Below, one piece after another: positions 11,634 to 24,426 of a stretch of 61,833 nt of DNA; position 1 is the stretch's first letter; each line of letters opens with the position of its first letter. The translations under genes were made by a program, and so were the position numbers. The notes beneath the pieces were generated by a model. The model had not been told where the DNA came from, did not search any database, and saw only the letters and a program-made list of their open reading frames with translations. The stretch is from positions 1 to 61,833 of the forward strand of contig KZ538560.1 of NCBI GenBank assembly GCA_000934665.2, written 5' to 3'. This DNA is from Catajapyx aquilonaris (Eukaryota).

Positions 11634-13338
11634 TCACCTGCAAGTTCTTCCTTGAAAGGCCTTGTAGAATAACACAAAAGCTTCTCGATATGCAGATATT
11701 CTGAAAACACATAATTATATAGGCTGTAGAGGTATGATTCGATCCCAAATCGGATGTACAAACCGGATGATGTAAAAGATGAAATTGCTGGGAAAATAAA
11801 TAGTCGTGATGAACGTGACGTAGACGTAAGGCTGCTTCCACGGTCCGCCTTTGGTGAAATAAAGAAACACGTTGGGAGTGAAAGTGAGCAAGTAAGTTGA
11901 GGATAAAATGACTAGCAAAGTAGCTATTTTCTTTTCTCTTTCCTTCAGTTTATGCAGTGTCACAGGGCTCATCGATCTGCAAATTAAGATTTTAATAAAC
12001 TATATATTACCCTCACTTACAGGAGATTTAAAATAAAGAACTTACTTGTATCTCCGTATGCGGCTCCAGTTAATCCTGAGTTTTATCGCGATTAAAAGTA
12101 GGCATATTAGTAATATTACTGAAGGCACAAGAGCTAAAACTCCGGCCAGAACATTCAATTCCGGATGATTGTAAAGCTGAGCCATGCATTTTCCAGCTGA
12201 TCGGCTGAATCCGAATACATTTTCCACCTTTAAGAAAAATGATTGGTACGCAATCATACTCATGTTCAGCATTGATTATGTAACCAGGGAGCATATGTAC
12301 ATAAGAGGCGAAAACATTCGATTTCCGCGTCTCTCTGGGGCGTTGCCAAGGCTAGCGGCCAAGTGGGGGCAACGCCAACGAGGTATAAATAGGGTACATG
12401 CAAAATAGGGTCCGCCATCTTTGATTCGCGCGTGTTCTTGCCGTGTAGTTGCCAAGGCCCCCAAAACCATCAAAGATGGCGGACCATATTTTTGCCTGTA
12501 CCCTATTTATACCTCGTTGGCGTTGCCCCCACTTCAAAATGGCCGCCAGCCTTGGCAACGGCTCCAAACAGAGAGACGCGGAAATCAATGGCGCTGACCG
12601 AAGTTTGCGCATCTTATGTAGTATATGCTCCCTGATGTAACAATGTGTACTCACAAAAATCATTCCTGGCGTAATTGCAGGATATAACCACATGAGAATG
12701 AGCGACAAAAATCCATGATTTTTAAAAATGAATTTGCATATCTGTGGGCACCATAATGCCATTGCTCTGAAACATTAATATTACATTACAAAGTATATAG
12801 GCAAGTCAAAGTGCAAGGTAATATTAAATAAAACACTTACCTGTACAGTGTTGTCACAGACAGTATGAAGCGTGATGAGTATCCGATGAAATACGTGACA
12901 AATCCAAAATATCTGCAGAATCTAGGCCCAAAAGACCAACCTCCATTGATGACATTGATGACATCGATTGGTTGTATTATTGCGCAGAACACGAAATCAG
13001 AGAAGCTAAGATGCAGCAACAATATTGTCACAAAATTCCGGAGCGGACTGTGGGGAACATTGTCAAATAGTGTGATGTAATAAACAATAATATTAATTGC
13101 GTTAGTACCTTAAAGGATCATTGCATTTCTGTCGTGCGTATGGCAGTGCAATGAGTGTGATCATGTTTCCAATGCCGCCAACCACTATAGTAATTATGCA
13201 GTAAGCGATGTAAACAGAGATAAATGAAGGGGGCCAATCAGGAAAGCAGCAACTAGGAGCACCTGAATTCATGCAAACTTCTGAAGTTTCCAGGTCACTT
13301 CCATTGCAGAAAGTAGAGTTCACGTTGTATGAAGTCAT
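11634..13338 (-). CDS. Class A GPCR, Tre1/Moody (GPR84)-like, about 336 aa
   Basis: Exons 13338-13109, 13047-12841, 12766-12655, 12227-12046, 11976-11764, 11700-11634, frame-consistent GT-AG. TM1 GNMITLIALPYAR, TM2 LHLSFSD, ECL1 WSFGPRFC, TLYRA (DRY variant), TM6 TFTP, SNFIFY (NPxxY variant), helix 8 YREAF. Confidence 0.82.
12285..12634. mobile_element. Palindromic MITE (350 bp) with 7-bp TSD, in GPCR intron 3
   Basis: TIR CAGGGAGCATAT...ATATGCTCCCTG, flanked on both sides by ATGTAAC, with long internal inverted arms. Second copy at 18061. Confidence 0.88.
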
Positions 13339-15439
13339 GTTGTACACGAGTGTTTTCCCCAAATACTGAGTCACGAACTGTCCCTATCTGACGTAAATAC
13401 CAGCAAATTGTATTCAAATCAGGCCATTATACCAGGAGGTGCTAACACTTTGACGTTGGTATAATAATTATCATAGTGGGGTTTTTTTCATGAGGAAGTA
13501 CGTAAACAAATACAGCATATACAGTAGGTGCATCATATTTTGGATAGTCAAATGAATCTGGTAGAGTTAAAATTTTACTTCAGTATGTAATATGGATAAT
13601 AACACAATGGTATACCATAGATTTGTTTGTGAATGCTCTTAGTGTTATCAGGTTTTATATCACACAATATAATTGAAGATTAAAAAGTAAGAAGCGAAAC
13701 TGATTGAAAATGATTTTTGGACAATCAGCGGAAAGCGGCCTACCACACTCTAAAAAAACTTTGAGGGAAAATCTCACTCAAAAAATTACAACGTTCTCAA
13801 AATGCACTTTTTTACTCCGCAGAGTTACTTTAACACAAACCGAGTGAAAAATTACTCTAAAGAAGAGTGAAAATGAGAGGGTAAACTGCTATTTCAGTGA
13901 GTGATACCCATTTCACTCAATTTGAGTGGTTTTTCGCTTAGTCTGAGTGAAAATCACTTTTGAAATATTTTCCTGCATGAACACGACTCGCTTTGCGAGG
14001 CAATATACCTGATAATTATATATGCCCGATTTTTCTGAAGATAAGTCTTGACATGCTCATTTCACTGGAATTAATGGTGTATGGCTGAGTATTGTATTCG
14101 AATTGCATGAGAGTCAGACAAAAAAACATGCCAATGATAAGCTATAGCTTCAAGTCAAATCTGGGTCAATGTCCCGAAAACAATAAGGAGTAAGAAAGGT
14201 TTTTTAATAGCATACACTTATTTGTACTTAATCCTCCATTCTCCCGGATCAGATCAGACATTAATAAATGTGACCAAAAATATTTCATAGTGACAAACAA
14301 TGGCATTGTTTGCAATTATATATGATAGACTATAACTAGCCAAGATACCAGATAAACGTGTAGGCCTATGACATTAAATTATTTCCTATTCAAAGACTTC
14401 ACAATAAATCTTATGTGATAACATATATTCTACATACCCGTAATCAGCTTTCTCATCTAACCCCATCGCTGGAAAATATGAGACGAATATTCAAAAACCC
14501 GTGTTGCTTAATGAGGCCAAGGCAATACTGTTCAAATATTGGACATTGTGTCCACGTTACATAATAATAATTGTGTCCTGAATTCGTTATATTATGCTGC
14601 TCACTTCTGAGGTTGTCAACTCATGTTGTCATCTGGGTATAAGACTGCATAGATTAGTTGCCATAGATCAACTCATGGCACTGACAATTCCCTACTTACC
14701 ATGCATTAAATCAGTTATCGTACGTAACAAGCCGGAAATATAAATACGCATCACTATAATATTCATTATTTACTGCCGACAGATGGAGTAAAATGAAGAG
14801 AACGATCCCCCATCAGCCGTTCTCATGCTGCCATCTGTTTATTCAGTATGGAATTAAGCCTTGAATGAAGCTTATCCTTAACGCCATGCATCCCCCACTG
14901 CTTGGAAACCTTCAATGTCCTCAAAGCAACGCATATTCGCTTATTACTGAGCTACGTCATGTACGAGCGTATGCTTAAAAATAATAGATAAGTTATTGGC
15001 ATCAGTTGTGGTGAATTTAATCAACTGCGTAATTTCATTAATTATTATGTTTGTAGTCCTATACGTATATGATACTCTGTGTGCATGATACTCTACTGGA
15101 TGCGGCAGACTTAAAGTAACTTTGTACAATTCAATTGCACAATAATTATTCACAAAGTCATTATAATTAAGAAAATGCCAACAATCGACACACTGCCGCA
15201 GGTGAGTAGCCTCACAATGTTCCACCTCATGAGTTACCATTGCCCTGCATAAGTTATGGATGTATGTTGTAATATAATCAAAAAAATTGTTTTTTAAACA
15301 ATAATAAAATAATAATCAAGTCAAAATACTTTCGAATGAAATGTTAGTTCAGTCACAATATCTGACAATATGTTACTGTTTTATTCACTGTCACATTCAA
15401 GTATTCAACCGAGTTCGGGTAAGAAGCCAATATTGTTAT

Positions 15440-15860
15440 TTTATGTATCATTATTATTATCATCATTCTTTGTAAGTATTATTATTATTCATACTAATTT
15501 ATAATTATTATTAGTTATTTATTGCACTAATTTATAATCATTATTTATTAGTTACGGTATTTATTATACTAATTTATAATAATTATTTATTAGGTATTTA
15601 CTGTACTAATTAATAATTATTTATTAGTTATTTATTGTACTAATTAATAATTATTCTTTATTAGTTATAAGAATAATTTATTAGTTATAATAATTATTTA
15701 TTAGTCATTTACTAGTATAATTATTTTTCAGTCATTTACTAGTGTAATTATTTATCAGTCATTTACTAGTATAATTATTTATTAGTCATTTACTAGATAT
15801 AATTATTATAAATTAGTTATAATTATACATAAATAGTATAATATTTTATGTATAATAAAG
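15440..15860. repeat. AT-rich low-complexity tandem repeat
   Basis: Reiterated TTATTAGTCATTTACTAGTATAATTA-like and TACTAATTTATAATTATT units. Confidence 0.75.
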
Positions 15861-17375
15861 TCTAATACTATATAATGGGATCCTAGCATACATTTTTGCC
15901 AACCAATGTAAAAAATCGTCCTTATTTTTAAATGAATTTTGTTGTTTTTCGTTTGAAGAAATAAATATTCGTATTCGAGCTATGATCGATCCAAGATCAT
16001 AATAATTCTAAGGTATTGTATTGGCCTCTGACGTCACTGTTGTAAAAAATAAAACATGCAGGGTTGCCCAAAGAGTTCTGCTATACACTATAATAATAAT
16101 ATGTAAATAATATAATATAGCCTCAGAGAGAGAGACTGAGCCCTCGGGGTGAAATGTGAGGCAGGCTAACAATATTACCTTTGAAGACAATCGAATTACA
16201 GCAAGTAAAGCCGCGAGGCAAAGGCCTGCTGACGTCACTGTTGTCCGAGGCCACGCCCCCGTTTTTCCCGCCAAATTTTCGAGTGACTTTTAAACCACCG
16301 ATACTTTATCGAGGAATGACATTTTGGTGCCGAAAAGTCGCAGAATGCGCGTTTATATGTTTCGTTGAGCTATTCGTGTGTACAAATATTACTCAAATCC
16401 CAGGCCATGGCTATAGGACCCCATTCAATTCAACTTATGTAAGAGAAATGGGCATATTAAGGCATATTAATTTATACCACTTTTTTTTAATGCGGCCACC
16501 AACCTTTTTTTTTACACACACATTGTTACATACCTGGTCAGCACTTGCGAATTAAATAAATCTCGAGCAAATTACTTCCAGGATCAAACCCATTAACATT
16601 GGTTCAAAACGACATTAACTTTGTTCCCCTCGTCTTATTATATTATCTCTGTTTCTCTGTCCATTGTCAGCTTCATCAATCACACATATTGTGGTAATTG
16701 GTAAAAATTGCGCACTGATATTTCTGTGGCTATAGTTGAAGACACTATTGCATGAGAGGTTATGTTGGCATTCCTGCAGGACACGCAGCCAATCAGGATT
16801 GGCTGACTAGTATCATGTGAACTGTATAGATGGAATGTCAGTTCTCAAGTAAAATTGCCTTCAACTGCAGCAAAGTGTGCTCCATTTGAAATCTCCGTTT
16901 AGTCATCAGCTGCTTCAATTATAAATTCAAAACATGTGCATTTAAAATAATATTTTTAGCAATTGTTCGAGAATAATTAGCTTAATAATATTATGATTTT
17001 TTACGAGAGCAACCGAGTACGCATCCACACTCGCGCAGCTCCAATTTTCTGACAAAGTTGCCAGATTTACTTCACAGGGCCCATTGTCTCTGAGGTTCGT
17101 TCCAGAACCTTGGCAGCGTCTCAAACGTCGGTCATATCGTAGCGTTGGAAATAAGTGCTGCACAGTACACACACTATGCATTGATAATTCCAACAATGTC
17201 AGCTGCGCGAACTACTGTGCGCACTCGGTTGCGTTAGTTTTTTTTAAATCATTTATAGCATGTTATGGTCAAATTCAACGGACATTTCAGTTGGAACACC
17301 CTGTACACATCCATCAGGAACTTTTAAACACATTCGTTGAGATACATCTTCCAATCAATATACGACTCAGCATCA

Positions 17376-20300
17376 CTACTCCTCTTTTTGTGTGTTGTTG
17401 TTGATCTGAAGCACGTCCAGATGCTCCTTGGGCATGTCCTTGTCTCCCCAACCCCAGATGGGATGACTTCCATCCCCTGACCTCATGGCCCTCCGTCTGA
17501 TCATGTCAGAACCAACAGTCTTTAGGTCGTAGGCCCAACCCAGCATGGCGAAAAAGTCTATAAATCCGGTGGTCAAATTCCATCTGTAAAAGGGCAGCTC
17601 TGATGTCTTGTAATCCCAAGGGAAAGAATGGTGATAGTTGTGCCAGCCTTCTCCGTAAGCGAAGAAGGAAACTACTATGTTTTCAGCTGGCCGGATTGAC
17701 CTGAAGTCAAAAAGTTCACATAATTATGTAAGTGACAATATATTTAAGTTTTGGCTGTAAAATAGTCGGAATGACAAAACATACTTGTCGTATGGCCTGT
17801 ATCCCCACATGTGAGCAGCGCTGTTGACCAACCACGTGCTGTGCAGAGTGTATACGTAACGAAGGAAGAACCCAACGAACACTGATGCCTTCCAGGTCTC
17901 TCCAAGTCCATAATGAACCACAAGGATAGGGAGTATTATGCTGCACACCAAAATTACTTTCAGGTAATGCCTGGAATAAAACAACACAATATTAATATTG
18001 CTTGGAAATAACCCAAGTCAAAACCTGGCAACACTGCTCCCTCAACTCTGAACGTAGTACCAGGGAGCATATACTAGAGAGGCGCAAGCATTCGATTTCC
18101 GCGTCTCTCTGCTTGGGGCGTTGCCCAGGCTGGCGGCCATTTTGAAGTGGGGGCAACGCCAACGAGGTATAAATAGGGTACAGGCAAAAATAGGGTCCGC
18201 CATCTTTGATTCGCGCGTGTTCGTGCCATGTAGTTGCCATGGCCGCCAAAACCATCAAAGATGGCGGACCCTATTTTTGCCTGTACCCTATTTATACCTC
18301 GTTGGCGTTGCCCCCACTTCAAAATGGCAGCCAGCCTTGGCAATGGCCCCAAACAGAGAGACGCAGAAATCAATGGCTCTGACCGAAGTTTGCGCCTAAC
18401 CCTGGCATATATGGCGCCTACTGCCACTCTCAGGGTCGTTACGTGGACAATCTCAGACAAACCAAATATATCTTTCGCAGTCATCTTTTTACATACCCTG
18501 TCGGCATAAATTCCACGCATGCGTCGACATCACACTAATCGAGGCGTGATTGGCCACCTCAGAATGATGAGGTAATGATAAATTTTGGCTTATTGTTTTC
18601 TATTACTTAGCAACGTAAGGTCAGTTTTCCCAAATAGAGGCGTGATTGGCCATCTCAGATGAGGTGATGATAAACTTATTGTTGGCAATTACCACGCAAT
18701 AACATATATAAGGTCAGTTTTTCCTCAACCGGGCGTGATTGGCCACATCAGATGAGATAATTGTGTACAGTATGTTAGGTGGAAAGGTTTCTCCAGAATT
18801 TGTGAGGTAAAGAGACCTGTGTTGAAACATGACGATTGGATCCTCCTTTAGGTCCGTGAGGTCCACAATTTTTCCTTTCTCCTTGACATCCGGATGCTTC
18901 TTGCACATGAGCCATCCCATGTGAGCGAAGAAGAATCCTCTCCTGGAATTGTGAGGATCTCCGTCCGTCTCCGTGAACTTGTGGTGCACCCTGTGGTCTC
19001 GGCACCATTCCAGTATCGAGTTCTGAAACATCATGTAACAAAAATAAGAAACATATCATGTGTGTACCTTGGTATGAGTAAAATGCTAATCAGATAGTAA
19101 GATTGGAGTGTTAAGGCCAAGTTACGGTGGCAGTGATTCAGCCCCTAATTATTATTTAACAATTTGCGTCAATGGCATGCTCCATCATACCATTCCATAA
19201 CATGTTACACCTACCATGCATGTGTTTTCCCCCATCTGAAGGTCACCTCAAGTCCAGACAACCTTGGGGAAAAATTGCGCTACTTTTTCCAAAATAATTA
19301 ACCTATCTTCTTCATCATAATTATACCTGGAATTATTACCTGGAATGCAACAGAGTCTAAGAAGATGAGAAGGAGCCTTAGAGGTGTCTTGGCCTTGTAT
19401 GACCTATGACACCAATAGCGATGGGCACCTGCTGTTACACCGTATCCGCTTGCTCCAGCGATTATGTAGGCTGAAATTGAATCGTGAAGAGAAAATTAGT
19501 ACTTCAATTAATTATATATAGGATGGGATTTTCCTGACTATTTTGTCTGGAAAATACCAAGCACAACTATATGGACATCCTGGACAGTAATTAATATGTT
19601 CCCTTACGATTTAGACAACCTCATTTTCTATTCCGGATCCGTGTCAATGTAAACAAGAAGCTTAACCGCACACGAAACATGTACAAACTGACCTATGTTT
19701 AAAAAACAATAGTGTGAAAAGAGTGAAAGAAAGTGTCGTTATTTTCTCTGCCGTTGCAACAATTTCGTGAAAATTACATCCGCTCACGCACTTTACTTAA
19801 AAAATGTTATTATCGAATGAAAGTTTGACCGCATCTTGATTTTATTAATGCGCTTCCAATGTTGTATGTTAATTAACATATTGACACATTCAAATTGTGT
19901 CTGATTGTTACCCAATTGAGATCATTTATGTCCACTCTCGTTACCTTATCACATGAAAGCGGATGTAGCCTATTATCAAATTATCAACTGAAAACGCAAT
20001 TGTGACACCTCATTTCTGAGATAATTAGGTAAGCTGCCACGATATAATAAAAACCTGTTTTAATCTCATTAGCAGCAAACTAAAACTGCGCAGGTAAAAA
20101 TGACACAATCTGCATAGGAAAATCCCATTTGTGTTCATAAATAAATTGTGTGGGAATCATATATGACAAAGCATCTTATATAAAAAAAACAATACCTATC
20201 GTATAGTAGACAAAAGAATTTGAACGCATTTTCTCTTGCGGGAGTTTAATGCTGTCAAATAATAATGCGACATTCACATAATATGTGGCCTACTTTACAT

Positions 20301-23300
20301 AGTTATCTTGATCAAAACGTGATTGTGAATATTTAACAAAGGGTGACGTTGATTAACTGTGGGAAAGTTTTAATGCGGGTATTCATGTGCGTATGAGAAT
20401 GATCCTTTTACGCGCAAGTTCTAATTGCAGAACCGCAAAAGCACAGTTGTAGTTGTCATATAGTATAGTATATCTCCTACATTATTCTAAGACAAGAACA
20501 ATAATCTTTAAAGTACAAAGGTGCAACCGGTAGAAAAATAAAGTTCCGGTACGAATATTGGCATAATTAGCATGCAAGCCTAATATATTGTACAAGGTGT
20601 TCTGACCTTCAATTTGCACATTGTGAAACACCTGATCAGTAAGAATAATAATTTTCAATGTACTGAAGAAACCATCCAGAATATTTAGCAAAAAGATATG
20701 ATTCGTAACTTGTTCTGAAAAAGAATTCAATGCGATTTATTTTCTCGAGTATTTTTTTATTTTATTTTTTATTTGCATTTACCCATTATGGGAGTCATGA
20801 GGCCCTTTGGGGGAGGGGGGGGGGGGACTTTTCTCGAGTATTATTTCATCATCAAAAGTGTGTGGGAATTATATTCCAGGATAAATATTGCACAAATCTT
20901 TCTAAGAAAAAGCCCGCCTATATGCCACAAAAAGTGACCATGAAATGACTTTGCCAAATAAGTATCATAACACTTGAAACTCTATAGATTGTTCTCTCCA
21001 GCAACCAGGTTAAAAATTAGATCACATACCCAAATTTTTGTCATAAAATGTAACAAATTTGAACATGTTTATTGTCTGGTGGATCATTTAAAAAAATCGC
21101 GAGTACATTAAGTAGTGAATTTCCTGCATTGCATTGCACGTAACTTCGCAACAATATTATCCCACGCAAACTTTCGACTTTACCCAGTAACCTTACAATT
21201 ATTTTAAGTCACCATCAGTTTTGTTTCAGAGTCTAATGAGACGTGCGAATATTGCTGGAAGGCAAAAGAATCGCTGCCGGACACAACAGGTTTTCTATAC
21301 ACACACGCAAAAGATTGTTTGGCGGAAACAACTTTTTGTTCCGATCATCACCTTATTATTATTCCGACTACTTTTGCAAGCCTCGCAAAAATCATGCGAA
21401 CTTTATCCACCTCCACAACACAGCATTATTGCAATACTGGATAACCAGGTCGCCTTGTTTTCTCCTCTAAAGTGGGCAATATTTCTTTGAACCAACCAAA
21501 AACGTGTCAGAAAATTTGAGTACAAACATTTGCTTTCTTGTGCATGTAATCCATAACTTCACTCCGTTTCCTTTTTAGGCAATGCACCACCCTGTGCAGA
21601 TCATGCAATTTTATTTTTTTTGCACACGTTAATTTCACTTGGTGATGACACAGGATTTCCTTGCACTCGACATGTTGTTGTCACACTTTTTCCTCATCGA
21701 TCAGGATGACTGACCTATCTCAATTTTTGATATATAAAAAAACAGCAGTGAGACATAACATTTTTTTATGTGTGTCAAATCGAGGTTACTAACGGCAGGA
21801 CTAGTAGTTAGTAGTTCCAAGAACAGGAACTATTGGAGACGAGTTCATCGACTTTGTCTTCTTCCATGTCCTCGATGAATCGCGGACAACTTTGTTCAAG
21901 GTGAAATCTAGGTGGAATCTTTTACGTGTAAAGCAAACGGGAATTACTTGGTTTTTCTTAAGCCAATTTGTCGCCCAAGTTCATGACTCTGCAATTATAA
22001 ATCAAGGTCACAAGCAATATTTGCTCGGACACAGTTATTTGGGCAGGAAATCAGATTTATTACTTTGATATATGACTCAGAATAACTGTGAATTGCTGTG
22101 TATGCGCCTCATTTCTCTTTTTAAATATGAAGCCCCCATTTTTTTTTCTCTCTCTCTCTCTAGCAATTATTCGAGCCGGTTTAATGCATATCTGATTAGT
22201 TTCAGACCAGTGGAGCAACTTCCGGGCGTGCACATATGACCTGCCTTTTGGAGCATACGCACTTACCTTGATCAAAGAAGATTACAGTAGGGTTACACAC
22301 ACTATGAGCACAGTGACCTAGTTCGATTTTTGCCTATATATGTTGTTGCCTCTTTTTGAAATCACATTGTTCCATTATGTATCATGTGAGGATCGGATAT
22401 TGCCCAAAGAGAGTTACAGTGTTAATGTCATTTCTGCTGAGTCACTAATAATTATTATTAGTAGGCCTAACTGAGAAGAAATTACTTGTTTTACATTTAG
22501 TAACAAAAGGTACATTGCAATTATTATTATTTTACGTAAACCATTATATTCGAGTGATTTGTCTTTCGATTGACTCAGCAAAGCACAAAAAAAATAAATT
22601 GAAAAATTGTTTAAAAATTTGATGAAATTATTGATGAGACAAGTTTCACAGTAAGTTTCAACTGAAAAAATAGTAGTTACAGGTATTTCGAGTGTGGCAA
22701 AAAAAAATTGAGAAGAAAATAACATAAGAGACCAGTTACTTCTTTTTGACTAGTAGTTAATCGCATTTTTTATAATATTATTCATGTCTTCAACGCTACG
22801 CTCAATAGCGAATTTATGGATTTCTGTGATATAGATACTGCGCAGAAAGAATGTGAGGTAAATCTTCTTATTAGATCAGGGAAGTTGGCCTATAATGTGA
22901 ATTCCTTATTAGTACGACGTTATACAGGCGCAAAAAAAATTGCAATATCTTTCCATCATTTTTAAGCTTCGCAGCACATCAGGATACGTTTGAGCATCAA
23001 CAGTTTAACATGATTACTCATCAGGGGAAATTCCATCCATTTCATTTTCTCTTCTTCCTTTGATATGAAACATGACCTGTGTTCATAAACGCAAATGTTC
23101 TCTTCCTACACTCATTATTTTTGGTGAAGGTGGTCTCATTTTTCTGAATATGGTCTTACCTCGTGCTGTACCTGACACGCATTAGTGAACAGGATAAGAC
23201 ACCCAGCATGGCAAGTGGCGTTTAGCCTCTTTCTAGTAACAAGGAGGGGAAATTGCGAAAAACTGGTTTCGCAAAAAAAAAAAACTAGCTTCTCTTAATC

Positions 23301-24426
23301 TTAAGGTGCGTCGTGATGTATCGTGCATCGTGTTGCAGCTCCGTTATTTCTGTAACTACCGATATGTAAAACCTACGGTACTTGGTACACCATTGAGGTA
23401 CCTCCCATACTGTTTAGGAGAAAACGAACAATGCAAATTCTTTAATAATTTCTGCAATTATTTTATTGGAACCTGTATTAGCCAATCATTGCAGGATATT
23501 GCTCAGTTAGAATGTATGTGATTTAAGAAATATATTTCCTTTCATAAATGACCATGTAATTATTTTATTAAGTTTCAATGTTCATGTACCATTTTGTATT
23601 ATTATACCTTGTACTATTTCCAAATGTTATTTAAATTAAATGCGAGCCACTCTGTACCAATTTGAAGGCAACAATTTTAATTTTTAACAACATTTTGATT
23701 TAAGTTAATTAATTACAGTTTAACCTCCCTTCCCCTTGGTAGTATAGGTATTATTGTTCATTTGCTAATTGTTAATAGTTTGTTTAATGATGTTGATCAA
23801 GCCACACATTTATGAGGTTTGTGGTGAACTCCTTTTACTTACCGGTACTGTACTTATACTGGTACTTCCGCAATATAACAAGGTAGAATGTGATCGAGGT
23901 CGGAAAATGTGTGTTTCGTGACCAAAAATCTTCATACCCTAACATTATCACTCTTTCAACTCGGACAATTTGATCACGTGTGACCGCAATGTTTGCACTT
24001 GTAATAACATACAGTAAGGAATAAATATGATGTGTTAAATGACTCGTACTTACAAACAACTACCGTAATAAGCTTGACCTCTCCGATGAAGCACATGTAC
24101 ACTCCATAAAAGGCCAAAAAATGAAATATGAGGAATATTATGACATTAAGCCACACAGTTGGTGTTTCTACTTTGGCTTCATCTGGTTTCTCTCTCCCTG
24201 TGTAGATATCATCCCTGCAAAATAATTAAATGAATAATGCATTTCGCAAGTCCATTCAATCCAGCAGATTAGGATCAATGCTAACAGGTCATCTTCACCC
24301 TGTTAGCAAGCTCATTTTCTCACGTTATTGCTGAATTATTAACACTAGAGTGTTGACGTATGCGAATATTCGCACTTACTTTGATGACGAACGGTTAATG
24401 CGAAATCGGATGGACCATCCCTTCAT
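17376..24426 (-). CDS. SCD: Acyl-CoA Delta-9-type fatty acid desaturase, about 351 aa
   Basis: Exons 24426-24380, 24214-24054, 19470-19340, 19022-18817, 17970-17785, 17700-17376, frame-consistent. Three His boxes HRYWCH, HRVHH, HNYHH; DPHNSRRGFFFAHMGW; C-terminal GDGSH..WGWGDKD. First coding exon less certain. Confidence 0.93.
18061..18395. mobile_element. Second copy of the palindromic MITE, right end truncated, in a desaturase intron
   Basis: Starts CAGGGAGCATAT and aligns with 12285-12610. Right TIR and TSD not recognisable. Confidence 0.85.
18540..18755. repeat. Three dispersed direct repeats in a desaturase intron
   Basis: GGCGTGATTGGCCA(C/T)..CAGA at about 18543, 18639 and 18732, with shared AAGGTCAGTTTT segments. 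Confidence 0.65.

Noticed and set aside
12184..12762. ORFs suggesting the MITE disrupts the GPCR coding sequence
   Set aside because: A GTGAGT donor at 12654 and an acceptor at 12228 place the MITE inside an intron; the frame is intact.
13744..13965. CACTCTAAAAAA start with ACTCAA/TTGAGT sub-repeats, resembling a DNA-transposon end
   Set aside because: No matching opposite terminus or TSD found; too weak to call.
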